A DNA stretch of 64,000 nt from Saccostrea cucullata (taxonomy: Eukaryota), in NCBI RefSeq assembly GCF_032062105.1, contig NW_026923278.1:62001-126000 (forward strand), in the 5' to 3' direction. Below, in pieces: positions 40,901 through 54,354 of the stretch; position 1 is the stretch's first letter, and each line of letters begins with the position of its first letter. The notes under the pieces are model-generated. The model made no database searches. It saw nothing but the letters and a program-made list of their open reading frames with translations, and was not told the origin of the DNA. A program made the position numbers and the translations under genes.

Positions 40901-43900
40901 AGGTGACGTCACAATCTTCCCAAGTTCCCCAAGGATTCCAAACTCCATCAACTAGATTGAAGCATAGAAAAATTCAGTTTTTGATAGATGTTCCATTTTA
41001 CATAGGGTTGAAGTTTGACAAGTGTCACTCTACCTGGACAATTATGATCATTGCAAGTTCTGTTTTCTTGAAAATTCCCCATGCAAGCATTTCCTCCATA
41101 GAAAGGTCCAATACAAGAACGTGACCGACTCTGTTCCCCTGATCCACAGGACAGAGAACAATCCGTCCACGCTGACCACTCCATAAATACTCCGTCAACT
41201 AAAAAAACAAAAGAAAGAATAGATTCATTATTGTGGACATCCAAAGATTTGGTTTAAAAATATGAAAATTCAAATTGATAATCAAACAAATCTAGAACCT
41301 GGGCAGTTATGTGTGTTACATTCTTGAGTCTCACTGAAATTCCCCATACAGTCCTGGCCATTGTGATATGGACCATCACACGTTCGGTTTCTAGATTGTG
41401 TCCCCGTGCCACATGTCAAGCTACATTCTGTCCAGTTGGACCATGGATTGAAAACACCGTCAACTAAAAATAACGACATAAAATATTCAGATACTTCATT
41501 AAAAACTGTAGCATGATCAAGAAATACATAAAAATCTTCTACTTTCTTACCAGGGCATGGGAAATCGTTACAATCTTTGAGTTGTATGGACTCTCCTGTA
41601 CAATTTTGTCCACCAAATTTATTCTCTGTACAGTAACGGTATCTTTGAGTTTGCCCTTTTCCACAAGATAATGAACAGATGCCCCAGGATGACCATAGAC
41701 TCCACTCTCCATCAACTACAGAAATGGTTTGTTTTAGTGAGAGTTTAAAATACATTTTACAATGCCTTATGGTAATATTTAATATTGTTGGAGTTCACCT
41801 GGACAAGGAAAGTCTCCACAAGTTTCGCTACTATTCCTCGGTCCAATACAATCCTTGCCACCAAAGAATGGACCTATGCAGATTCGACTCCTGTTTCGCA
41901 CTGACCCACCACATGAAACGGGACAGTTCGTCCAGGTTGTCCATTCGGTGAAGAGCCCATCCACTAAAAAATTATATTTTAAAATTGTGTTAAAATGGTG
42001 TTAAAATGGTGTTAAAACTTATAGTTTAAGTTATGTTGAACGTAATTCTTCAGGTATTCAAAACGGCAAGGTACCTGGGCATTCCTTTGGAAAGCATTCT
42101 TGACTTTCTTCATCTGCTCCTGTGCAGTTCTGGCCACCATAGTAAGGTCCGTCACAAGTACGGTTCCTAGACTGTGTACCCAAACCGCAAGATACGTCAC
42201 ATTGTGACCATTCTTGCCAAGTATTCCATATTCCATCCACTATAGAAAACACTTAACTACAACTACTTAGCGAAAAATTGTTCACTCCACAGTAGCACTG
42301 ACGGAGATCCTTCTTTCTTCTATAAGAAGGAAGGGTAAAGCGTCTGTGCCACAGAAGGAGGAAATACAGCAACAAAAGCAAGTGGCTACATCAGTACAAC
42401 AGTGACATAATACATATGAAGTTTATACAATATTAAAGGATATGTGTGTATTAATCAGGAATGTACAGAAGGAAGTATACAAAATTTATGATAAAAATTT
42501 AGTTTATTTGAGAAAATATTCACCAAGCAGATAACCACTGAAAGCTTAGATCATAGCGTACAAAAGCAGACGATAAGCACGCTGAGTAGTAATATCATAC
42601 CAGGACAGCTTGATGGATAACACACGGCTGTTTCATTGGATGGACCAATGCACTCTGCACCACCGTGTTGAGGCTCTTCACAAATTCGCGTACGAACCAT
42701 GAAACCTCGACCACAAGATTGAGAACAATCCGACCAATTTGACCAGTTTTGCCAAAACCCATCAACTAAAATGGGGTAAATGCGAAATACATATATAATA
42801 AGGCAGCATTTTTTATTGCGATATTTATATTTGTATTAATAAGTTAGAATGAGTCTTTACCTGGACAAGGAAATGTATTACAATCTTTCACTTGGGCCCA
42901 TTCACCGGTACAGTTTTGCCCTCCAAAATAAGGACCCTCACACGACCTATTTCTAAACTGTGTGCCATTCCCACATGTCAAGGTACATTCGGACCAATTT
43001 GACCAAGTCTTAAAAACACCATCAACTGAAAGACGAAGCCATGGACATTTCACAAACTGTCAAAAAAAAATGATAAAAGATCATGCAAAGAAATACTGGA
43101 CAACTTATTACCTGGACATGGGAAGGTGTTGCAATTCTGCATTTCTAAAGAAGGCCCAGAACAGTTTTTGCCTCCAAACACAGGTTGCTCGCAACGGCGT
43201 CTGCGCCAAATAGATCCACCTCCGCAAGAGACATTACAGGAGGTCCAGTTGGACCACTCGTGCCAGAAACCATCGACTGTTAAACAGCACACAGCAAATA
43301 CACGACACAGCACAGCACACAAAGCACACAGGAAAACAAATACAGTTATTGAACACTTCAGAGATCAACTTGGTTTAGCTTTTCTTTAGACTGCGTATTT
43401 TCAAAAAATACATTTTTTCTTGTTTTGGTCGAATCAATATTTTAGACGGACTAATATATTATTTCTTTGATATATATATATTTTCGTGATTATCTGAAAT
43501 TGTTCATAACTTTTAAGTTGAAAACGTTGGATATACGAAAAAAGCCACTTCACTGCACTGCAATTCGAAAAAATGTGCGTAACTTACCGAATGAGTATTT
43601 ACAAGAGAAATAAAAATTCTGTGCCATTACCTGCACAAGAATGAGTGTTGCATAATTTTGTTTGGTTCCAATCTCCTTGACAGTCGGTGCCATTATAAAA
43701 AGGACCCGTACAACTCCGGGATCTTGTCTGTTCTCCGGTACCACAACGACGACTGCAATTCGTCCATGTACTCCAAGCTTCCCAAATTCCATCAACTGGT
43801 ATACAGGACAACAAAGACGGTGAAATACAATACTTATCACTGAACATTCTTTTGAACCTGAGAACTATGAATTGTAATTCTTACTTGGACACTCAAAGTT

Positions 43901-46900
43901 GTTGCACGTTTGGCGTTCCTCATCGGGTCCTTCGCATGGATCTCCGCCAAAGAGTGGTTCAATACACGTTCTTCTTCTGGCCTTTTCTCCTCCGCCACAT
44001 GTTACATTGCAATGATCCCATTCTGTCCATGGTTTCCAAACACCATTAACTGAAAAAAAGATTTTCTTTCTTTTTGAGAGTCGAATATGAAGAACACTTG
44101 ATGATGCGATTTTTTTTTCTTTTAAAACTCGTGTCGGATATGAAGACCAAAATTAATGCATAATACTTTTTATCAATTTATACCTGGACAGGATGCAGTC
44201 ACGCAGACTCTTTCTTCAGTACTGTTTCCTGTGCAGTTACTACCTCCGTGCAAAGGACCTATACATGTCCTGTTTCGCCACTGTGTACCGTTGGCACAAG
44301 TCACGGAACAATCCGACCAAACTGCCCAATCCGTCCACACACCATCAACTATAAATTAAAACAAATCGGTAATATTTTTTTCAATGCATACACACTAAGA
44401 TGTTCAAAGTTTGCCTTTGATATTTACCTGGACAAGGATCTTCGTTGCACGTTCTTGATTCCTCAGAATGCCCTATACATCCATCTCCACCGTGTTTTGG
44501 CATGTTGCATTCTCGCGTTCGATTCTGTATTCCACCTCCGCAAGATACTGAACAAGTATCCCATTCACTCCACATTTTCCACGAACCATCCACTAGGTAA
44601 ATACATTAAAATTAGCATATACCATCTAATTATTTGTTATAGTTGAAAGTATTTGTATTGCATGGCCATGTTTACCTGGACAAGAGAATGCATTGCACAC
44701 TTCAATTTCATCCTCTGGTCCAACGCAATCTTTTCCTTTATAGAATGGTCCTATGCATGAGCGAGAACGATTCCTTGTGCCGTAACCACAAGTAACTGTA
44801 CAATCAGTCCACTTAGCCCATTCCTCCCAAACTCCATCAACTAAAGAAACATAATAAATTGTTAACATTACGCCATCAAATTTTTCGAAGTTTAACATTA
44901 AATCTGCAATTACAGGTTAACTTGCCTGGACACTCTTTTGGAAAGCAAGATGTTGTTTCTTTGTAATCGCCTGTGCATTTTTGACCGTCATGGAATGGTC
45001 CAATGCAAGAACGAGTTCGATATTTGGTCCCATTGGCACAGGATACGGAACAGTCAGACCAAGTCGACCAGTTCTCCCAAACGCCATCCACTGTCACATT
45101 GAATTTTACATGCAGCTTATGAGTTAATGTTATTGACAGTTAGTAAATATATAGAGGGTTCTGAGCACAGAGGAAACATGCTTATAACATGCAGGGTACC
45201 GTGTGTTTGGACACAGCAGTAGCAGGCATTTTGTAAAGAAGTCTGATAGTTGTGGTTGAGAAGTTGCGGGAAATACTGAAGCTGGAAAAGGGCTATACAC
45301 ATTTATTTTACCATAGCACGAGACGTTATTGCAAGTCTCGTTTTGATAAGCTCTGCCTAAGCATGACCCTCGAGAAGTGTCGCATTGTCTTTGGCGGGAA
45401 GTTGTCCCGCCATCACATGAAGCAGAACAAGCTGACCAAGCTTCCCATGTTAACCAAACGCCATTTCCTACAGAAATCACGTGTTGTCAATCTCTTACTC
45501 TAGAGCAAAGAATGACTGAAGACGTTTTCTTCGAAAATGCAAAAATTATAAAACATATACATATGTAGCAATAAAAATATTTTGTTTCCCTTCGTAAACG
45601 CTGCCAAACCTTCTCATAAGCAAAATTTGAAATTATTGTGGTCAAACAAGTATTGCGAATTATAAAGCAAAATTTTGCGATACAGTATTATGCGAAAAAA
45701 TTTTAACAAAGTGCTGTAGTAATTGAATTTTCTTATTAATGCACAATGCAAGTGTGTAGCATTACTGTCAACAAATATTGTTGTGAGATAAAACGTTTTG
45801 CCACACATGGAGACGTAATTGTGAAAATGTGAACCCTAGAGAGCTCAGAACAGTGACGCAATATGTAAATGACAGTGAAAAACACATACAACAAGTTTAA
45901 TATCTCATTTAATAAACAAAGTACTATAAAACGGTGTACGATTTCGTGAGAGATATAACAGTGAATATAATACAAATTAATATTTGTCTTGTGCTTTCAA
46001 TTTTTTGTTAAAAAAATTACTGCGGAGAAGTTTGCTTATTAGAGAAAAAAGATTTATTAATAAATAATCAACATACCTGGACACATTTTCATCGTGCATG
46101 GTTTGAACTCAATGTCATCTCCAGGACACTTTCGACCGCCGAAATTAGGTGGAGGATGGTTACAAACACGAGTGCGCGTGCGCGTTCCATTTTCACAGGT
46201 GACGGAACATCCTCCCCAGGAAGTCCATAAACTCCAGGCTCCACGCACTGCAAAAGAACTTTTCATCTTAATTTTACACTTATTGAAAACGAACCAAGAA
46301 CCTCACTGAATTTACAAACTATTTTCAATTTTCACTATGTAATATATACTGTTTGGATTAAATGTAATATGTTTAGCTCCATTTTGAGACAAGTCTAGTT
46401 TAATTTCCTGACTGAAGAGTGGATTGTTTAATAACACCAACATTTTAGATATCTTTTTCGAAACCCTTTGTGTATCTTTTCAGAAAGTCATCAATTTTAA
46501 CTGAAAGTGTATGGTCAGCTCCCACTCGGCGACCAGTTTCCTGTATTATTACAACATCCAAACACATTAGAGTGCTTCAAAATGATAAGAAAATCAAGAA
46601 GACACCCTGTATTGTATGGACATTATGCATTTAATAAAGAAAGGGCAAATGGGATATGCAACAAGAGGCCCAGGGGCCACAGCGCTCACCTGAGCACATC
46701 AGCTAGGAAAAAAACACATATCAGATCAGAACTGAAAGTTAATTTAATTTTAATTTCCAAGGGGATCATAACTTGAGTGAACTAGAATTACATTACCTGA
46801 GGATGATTCCATAAAACATTAATCCTGGCTTTAGTACTTGAAAAGCTAATAACTATATATTCCTATGTAAAACCCCATTTTGGCCACACTTTACATGATA

Positions 46901-49900
46901 GAACAAACTTCATCAACTACCTGAGGATGATACCACATGAATCTTTCCTGGCCCAGTGGTTCTTGAGAAGAAGATTTTTAAAGATTTTTCCTATATATTC
47001 CTATGTAAAACTTTGATGGGCCATTTTGGCCCCGCCCTACCCCTGGGGGTCATGCTGAACAAACTTTGAATTTATTCTACCTGAGGATAATTTCACATGA
47101 GTTTCATCTTTCCTGTTTCAATGAGAAGAAGATTTTTAAAGATTTTCCTATATATTCCTATGTAAAACTTGATACGGCCACTCCAATGTGAACAAACAAC
47201 ATCCAAATCATCGGCTTTGTCATATCTTTCCTGGCCCAGTGGTTTTTGAGGAGAAGATTTTTTAAAAATGCCAATAATTTTTCTCTAAATCATGAAGATC
47301 TCCCCTTGGAAAAGGGGACACTCACCCAAGGATACTTTGTAGTTTGTATGGACAAGTGGTTCTTGAGAAGAAGATGAAAATGTGAAAAGAGACAACGACA
47401 ACGCCAACGCCAACGCCAACAACGACAAGAATACGCAAATTTTTTATACACACTTGAGCCTTCTATTACTTATAAAAAGTAAAGAGAACACTGCTTACCA
47501 ATTTGAGCTCCAAGAAAGCCCCGTTGTTTGCATGCTATGTCTGCTGCTTTTTGATTCCACTTCTCTCCACATACTTGTAACCATTTCTTGGTATGGCTGT
47601 TGAATATATCTACACTTCCTTCTCCAAACTTCACACCGTTCTTCAGACGCACCATTCCTTGTAGACAGAAACAAAAAGTGTGTTCAAATTAATGCAGTTG
47701 TTAACATGAAAGGGAACTTGACGTTGAAAAACTTTCCATCTTTTTACTTGAAACTATTATTTAATAATTTCATTGTTAAATAATTTTGTTAAACTGTTTA
47801 TATTCAGAAAAGACATTTTAAGTGCTAACTATCAGTACCATTGCAGTGAACTCCATCGCATGCCATTGTTTCGTTGACAGGTCCGAGACAATAACGATCA
47901 ATGCCGGGTTTTCCACCATTTCCACACGACCGTGAGCGTGAACGGGAGCCTGTCCCACAAGTTTTCAGAGTGGAGCAATCTCCCCAGGTGCCCCATTCGT
48001 CCCACACTAAAAGATCGGATCACGTCATTTATAAGACTGTGAATGCTTTGACGTGGATTATAAAGATACATATATATGGAAAAAGACATTTTATGATTTT
48101 ATACAGCTATTTTTTCAACACCTTACTTGGGCATTTCCTGAATTGACATGCTTTGTATTCGATATCACGGCCATAGCACTGAGATGAAGAAAGATCCACG
48201 CCACTACCCAGGTTTTTACATTTCCTCTCACGGACATGGTACCCGTTGCCACAAGAAGTAGAGCATTGAGACCACTCAGCCCATGTTGCCCAGCCCAAAC
48301 TGTCCTCTGAAATAGAGGTAATGAAACTCGCTATCACTTTACTTAATGAGTTCTCAAATTTAGCAAATTTCAAAAAGATATTTTTAGTATTCGAGATCGA
48401 AATATTCATTGCTTATAATTTAAGAAAAATAAGTGTTCTTAAAAAATAGTGTTTGAGAAAATACTTGAAAAAATCTGTTTTTAGGTAACAAACTTTGGGG
48501 GAACAAATCAAGAGCAGATTTCTAAAGGTTTTTGTCACCTTTCTTAGTATCATGCCAGTAAAATCGGAACTGTGGGGTTAATTAATTACCTTCAATATCA
48601 CAGACATCTCCTTTCCACCCATTCTGACACAGGCAGAAGTAGGTTCTGTTTCCCGTAACAGCGGATACCGTATCTAAGCAACGTCCGTCGTTCTTACAGG
48701 GGTGGTTTCCACAAGGTCCAACAGCATCCTACAATTTTAAACAGAGGTTCATGTTTGTACATTTTATATTAATAAAGAACTGTGTTCTAAATTACTATAA
48801 ATAACGAATGTTGCGTTCCAGATGATAGAATTTCACTTATTATTAATTTTCTGAACATCTATATTTTTTTCTTCTTCAAAACCAAAAACTTTTACAAGAA
48901 AGGCCATTGTTTTATATAAATAAAAGAAAATGGTAGTAGAAATGTATTTGAAACTATTTTAACAGAAATTTCTATATTTCCCTAAGTTTGTATATAGTTT
49001 CAAACGCTTAGAGGATTCAAACCTGACTCAGCAGATTTAGGGAAGTATTTAAAGCGGTTCTATTCAAGACACTAGTTTCCGACAGGATTCTTTGATGAAA
49101 AGATGACGAGGTAAGATGAGTTTTTTGAATGTCACTCTGATCAAAAGTATAAAAATTTAGCTGCAAAAGATAAATTGGATTTTAAAATTGAAATTGAAAT
49201 TCTTTGGACAATAGGGGTTTCTTCTAAGCTATAAGGAGTAATATAGCAAAACCACAAATGTTTTGAGATATTGTCGGGCATAAATACAAAAGACAGACAG
49301 ATGAATGGGCAGGTCCAAATTTTAGAGAAAGTAGGGGATTAAAAAACCCAATCATTCAAGGGGACTGAACAACAAAACCAAAAATTGATCCACGCAGCTT
49401 CGTACTAATCGTAATTAACAAAAATTTACAACTATATACATGTCGCTATTTTTGAAAGTTTTACCCGGACACGTCACTATCAATTTTACACGAGAATTTG
49501 TCAAATTGATTCAAATAAATACAAACCTAAAATTGAAATATATTAAAATTTGATCGTATCCTTCTTATCAGTAATAGAATATTCCATTTCTTCATATTTG
49601 AATAAAAATTATTAATTTCTAAACAAAAGCATCTTAAAAATTGAAATTTGAAAGTTAAAATAATTTTTAGAAATCAAAAGACCTGAATTTATACTATTTT
49701 TTTTATTAGGTGCAACCTTACCAATCATTAAAAAGTTCATAAAAGATAAATCTCTTGAAAATGTTTTTGAAAAACAATATTTAATTGAAATTTTAAATTT
49801 AAATTTAAAAACACAATATAAGGTGCTTTTTCTCATAAGTGACTTTTTATCCGTCTATGTCATCATTTTTTTTTTCTGTGCGTAATTTTTATAGTCTTCG

Positions 49901-50424
49901 AACATACATTATTGTAAATAATCAGTAACGTTATATTTTTTATTGTTTCCAGTTTTTCTGTAATTTATGAGAACATTTTGTAAAATGTTGTCTTTAATTT
50001 TCATTTTTGTTCAGAAAAAATTACTTTTTGATAAAAAAAAAATTAAAGCCGTACGGTCACTTACCTGACTTATAGTAATTGCGTCTTTCGGGTAATATAC
50101 AAATCCAGTCGTACTTGAATCATTGGTCAGATCCTGAGGAAACTCGAGATGCGTCGCGTCATTTAGATGACACTGACGAGTCTTTGACGCAAAGTTAAAT
50201 GATTGACATCGAGGCGTTCTGTGGCATTCCATAGCACACTGGGTGACTTGGAACTTTGTCGAGAAATTAGAAATTCGATGGTTTCGAAATTCATGTCCAA
50301 TATATGAAAGATTTGAATTCACATTAAATGCAAAAATTTTAGAATGTCTTTGAATTTCTGTGATTTGACCACAAGCGCGTGTAAAAAATAACAAAAATAA
50401 TAATATCCCAGGCGCAGTGCCCAT
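34907..50424 (-). CDS. Large secreted TSP1-repeat mosaic protein (SCO-spondin/coadhesin/hemicentin-like): SP-PAN-EGF-TSP1x2-partial SRCR-TSP1x26-CASPR-type fibrinogen-like domain, ~2,000 aa
   Basis: Exon 50424-50065 encodes the signal peptide and PAN ([20 protein letters not shown]). 48728-48590 encodes EGF ([24 protein letters not shown]). TSP1 exons at 48306-48127 and 48006-47839. SRCR N-half at 47657-47499. 26 more TSP1 exons lie between ~46247 and 36930, mostly 165 nt and phase 1-1 (VDGxWxxWxxWxxCSxTCG). Then 36803-36642, 36521-36096 ([31 protein letters not shown]) and 34971-34907 (..[14 protein letters not shown]). Confidence 0.88.
46658..47465 (+). mobile_element. Helentron/HINE element with satellite monomers, in the intron after the SRCR exon
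   Basis: aacaagaggcccaggggccacagcgctcacctgag start. acctgaggat..ctggcccagtggttcttgagaagaagatttt monomers at ~46795, 46920, 47080 and 47230. (aacgcc)n tract and cacttgagcctt end. Confidence 0.8.
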
Positions 50425-51407
50425 CTTCCGATGTTCCTTTAGTTCACTAAAAGACGCCGTTCTAAGTTATATCGGAAGATTTCTCCATCACTGATGACGT
50501 ATCATCTTTAATTATTTATTTAATTAGCGGTCAAGAAAGAAATAAAGAGTATGTATAGATAATTGTAAAAATCGAATGTTAATTAAATTTGGTTCCATGG
50601 ATCCCCGTAATGACTTCGACTACCTGCACAGTGTTCTCATACCTGGGCCAAAGTCATGCATATTTGATGGAATACCTGGTTGTTAATAGCAGAGAAAGAA
50701 AGAAGTCAGGCCATATACCTTGGGTTCTTTTACCTCCTGATGTTTAATGGAAATTCGATAATATTGTTAGCGGAAGTAAATTGTTTATTTCTTGATTTTC
50801 ATGGTCACCATAAAAGGGAAATAAAAAATCTTTAAAAAGAAAAAATGGCGGTTTTTAAAATAAACCTTAACATTGATCAACATTGAAAACATTACTAAGT
50901 TTTGCAATTGTTGCTTCCAAAATCCCCCTAGCTATGAAATTTGTTATTATCAAAAACTCGTGATCTTAGCTCATGAGAAATCGGAGAAAATCGACATTCT
51001 TTGACAAGGGTGAATATGGAAATCATCTTAAATCCTTATTGCGCATCAATATGAATGGATCACTGCAAAAAATGAAGAGAAGGTAAGGAAACCAGAATTT
51101 GTAGAAAAACGTCTTTTCCCAACTTCCTATCACTCCACAAGTTGAAAATCAAACTTCAAAAAACATCGCTTGAACTTTTTCTACAATGTCATTAGCATAG
51201 TTTGGGAAAGGGGCGATTGCAAGAGTTTTTACACCAAGCCATCTCAAATACTAGTATACCAAAATGGCAGGAACTCAGACAACATGATCGTCGAGAAAAT
51301 AGGCTCAAGAAGAAGTCTACAGTGTTGGTAATCAGTATCTTAGGTTTTTACAATCCACGTGGGTTTGGTTAAGGTGACTGTTCTGTTGATAAGACACAAA
51401 TGACAAA

Positions 51408-54354
51408 ATGATGTCACTGGTACTAATTTCGTTGGCGTTTATAGGTAAGAGGTACAATAAACTCCATATTGATAATGTTCATGACGTTAAATAAAATGTG
51501 TGGGAATAAATTCGTTTTAAAAGATTTTTATTCAAAGTAAAACACATATTCTTTGTTATTTCAAAATAACAATAGATAATTTTTGCAAAGTGTAGCTGAA
51601 TATGATATAAGCCTTCAAAAACACGCGTGAATTTCAATGTAATATTGAAACGTTGCTGGTGCTTCTCTTTATAGTCGGTGTCCAGTCAACAACGACTACT
51701 ACAACAACAACCGTAAACCCACTGGCGAATAAAACAGTCTGTTACGATCATGTTGGCTGTTTCAATAACCTCCCTCCGTTTGATAACGCTGCCTTTGATT
51801 TGCCACTATCACCAAACCAGATAGGGACACAGTTTCTACTGTTTACTCGAAGAAATAGAAACAATGCAGATATACTGGACTATGTATCTCATGCCACTGT
51901 GCACAATTCTCATTTCTCGAGCACCCAGAAGACAAAGTTCATAGTCCATGGATTTGCCAATTCAGTTAAAACTGCATGGTTATATGCTATGAAAGATGCT
52001 TTTCTTACAAAGGTAAGAATCCAACCATTTCAAGTTTGAAAAAAAATTGTGAACATTATTTAATTAATGTCTTTATTCTAGTGACTAAATCCAATACCAT
52101 TATACATAGAGAATCGTTGGTTTGCATGTTATAAACATTTTGAACTTTGAAAAAAATTAAATCTAATGAAGATATATTGCATTGGTCTACATGTATTTTA
52201 TTTTCAACTATGGTATCTGCCATTCTGCTCCAGGAAGTTCTTGGGCAAAGAAATTACTATTGTATATCTATATGTTGCAAGTACATACCTATTCAATTGC
52301 AACACCATGGACAATCATAATGTTAAGAATACTCGATGATTATTTTGCTATTGCAAGTAATTTTACTTGCAGGGGGATTTCAATGTCATCATTGTAGCAT
52401 GGGGTAAAGGAGCTGTCCCACCACATTATAACCAGGCTGTTTCCAATACCAGAATGGTGGGAACTCAAACTAGACTCGTCATTGAGAAACTGGTTCAAGC
52501 AGGAAGCAATTTAGATGATATCCACATCATAGGCCACAGCTTAGGGGCTCATACTGCGGGCTCAGCCGGAAGGCAACTGCACGGCAAAGTTGGCAGAATT
52601 ACTGGTAAGGCTTATACGTATTTGAAAAGGGTACTGTTTAATGCAAATATCAACAAGCAAGAGTATTCTGAAATTATACGATTACTTATCATGGCCTTCA
52701 GGGCTTGATCCAGCTGAGCCAGATTTTGAAAACCATCCAGCTGGTGTACGGATAGATCCAACTGATGCAAAGTTTGTCGACATCATTCACACAAATGGTG
52801 CACCCATAAGAAGAGGCGGAGCTGGGTTAATGCAGGTGTCAGGGCATGTGGATTTCTACGTAAACGGGGGAAAATCCCAACCAGGATGTCCAAACTTGGT
52901 AGCAGGGGCCTTTCAACAACTTTTTAATCACAACGTCTCTGGTAGGTTTGCGGAATTCCTTCTCTATTTGTAAATGTCCTTTCAAGAAAGAGACAGATAC
53001 ACTTAGTATTATAAACATCATTGAATACATCTGCATTGGCAAAAAGTAATGCATGATCTATATTCCATTTGATTTTTTGAAAAGTACTATTAATGTGTAT
53101 TTTATAGGCGCTGTAGTGGCTGCATCTTGCAGTCATGGACGTGCCCACGAATATTTCACGGAATCCATATTAGCAAGCTGTCCCTTTACGGCATATCCAT
53201 GTGACAGCTACGTAGGTTAAAATATTTTGCTGAAGATATTAACTAAGACTGCATGCATTTAAGAAAGATATATAGCAAACAATAGAAGTAAAAGAACTTG
53301 TATAATTTAGGAAAGGTTTATTGCCGGTGGATGTAAAACGTGTGGTTCCAGTGGATGCTCGCAGCTTGGTCTAAACGCAGAGAAAAATTCAGGGCGCGGG
53401 AAAATGTATCTCAACACTCAAATCAAAACCACCGCACCATTCTGTGGTATACTTGCATTTACATATGCTCTTTTCAAATTCTAGCATTTCATTTACTAAT
53501 GAATAAATATAATTCAATACAAAGTATACGCAAATTAAATCCATGAGGCAATTAAATTACTTGTATTCTGTTTTAGGCTACCATTATCTTATTAAAACGG
53601 TCTATGGAACAGAGGATTCCATTGGTCAAATAATGGTCACAGTGCATAATGCTGATGGTCATATACAACAAATTGCCATTACAAAGTAAATAGGGGTATA
53701 TATAGGTAAACAGGGGTTGGGTGGTAACTTTTCTGTCAATCAATAGAATCTCAAATTGATACTATTGTCAAACGAATTAATAACTCTGTAAATCAAATAC
53801 CGGTAAATTAAATATACTTCATATATGTCAATAACTATTGATGTTGTTACAATATAGTCCTGGAGCACACTTGAGAGCTGGAATGCCTCACACTCAGGTT
53901 GTTGTTCTGGCAAGTAGATTCACACACATAACATCCATAGATGTACTCTATCAGAAGAAAGACGGCTTCCTGTTCGGAAGGGGAGGAAAGAACCAAATAA
54001 CGTTAACGTCAGTGTCTGTCGAGGAAATTCAGACCAGTAATAGGTGCGCCCTATTTCTTCTGCTAGTTAGTGATGTATAGCAAAAATCGAAAATCATGAG
54101 ACATCTTAAACGTATGGTATCACTCTTGATATTGCGATAACTTGTGAATTTCAAATTATTTATTAATACATGTAGTATTAAGAAACCAATGCATTGAATA
54201 GAATCATATTTTCAGTGGAATATGTATATTTTACTGTGTATGTCCTGAATCATGTTTTCTCTTTTCAAGGTACACTTTCTGTATGAGAGGAATCAACCTA
54301 CCAGACGGAGTAGCTGTCAAAACCATGCACATATCCTCTACCACAACGTGTTAG
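51408..54354 (+). CDS. Pancreatic lipase-related protein, copy 2
   Basis: 9 exons: 51408-51444, 51675-52012, 52373-52604, 52702-52941, 53108-53211, 53311-53446, 53577-53685, 53858-54043 and 54270-54354. Signal peptide, poly-Thr, VHGF, GHSLG, LDPAEP, CSHGRAH, PLAT. aataaa at ~54380 and ~54393. Confidence 0.93.

Noticed and set aside
40660-42350. Possible micro-exons in TSP1-gene introns (~40663-40702 and ~42300-42345; also ~45200-45245 and ~35389-35395)
   Set aside because: Splice-like sites exist, but the lengths or phases break the frame or contain stops. They cannot be supported without RNA data.
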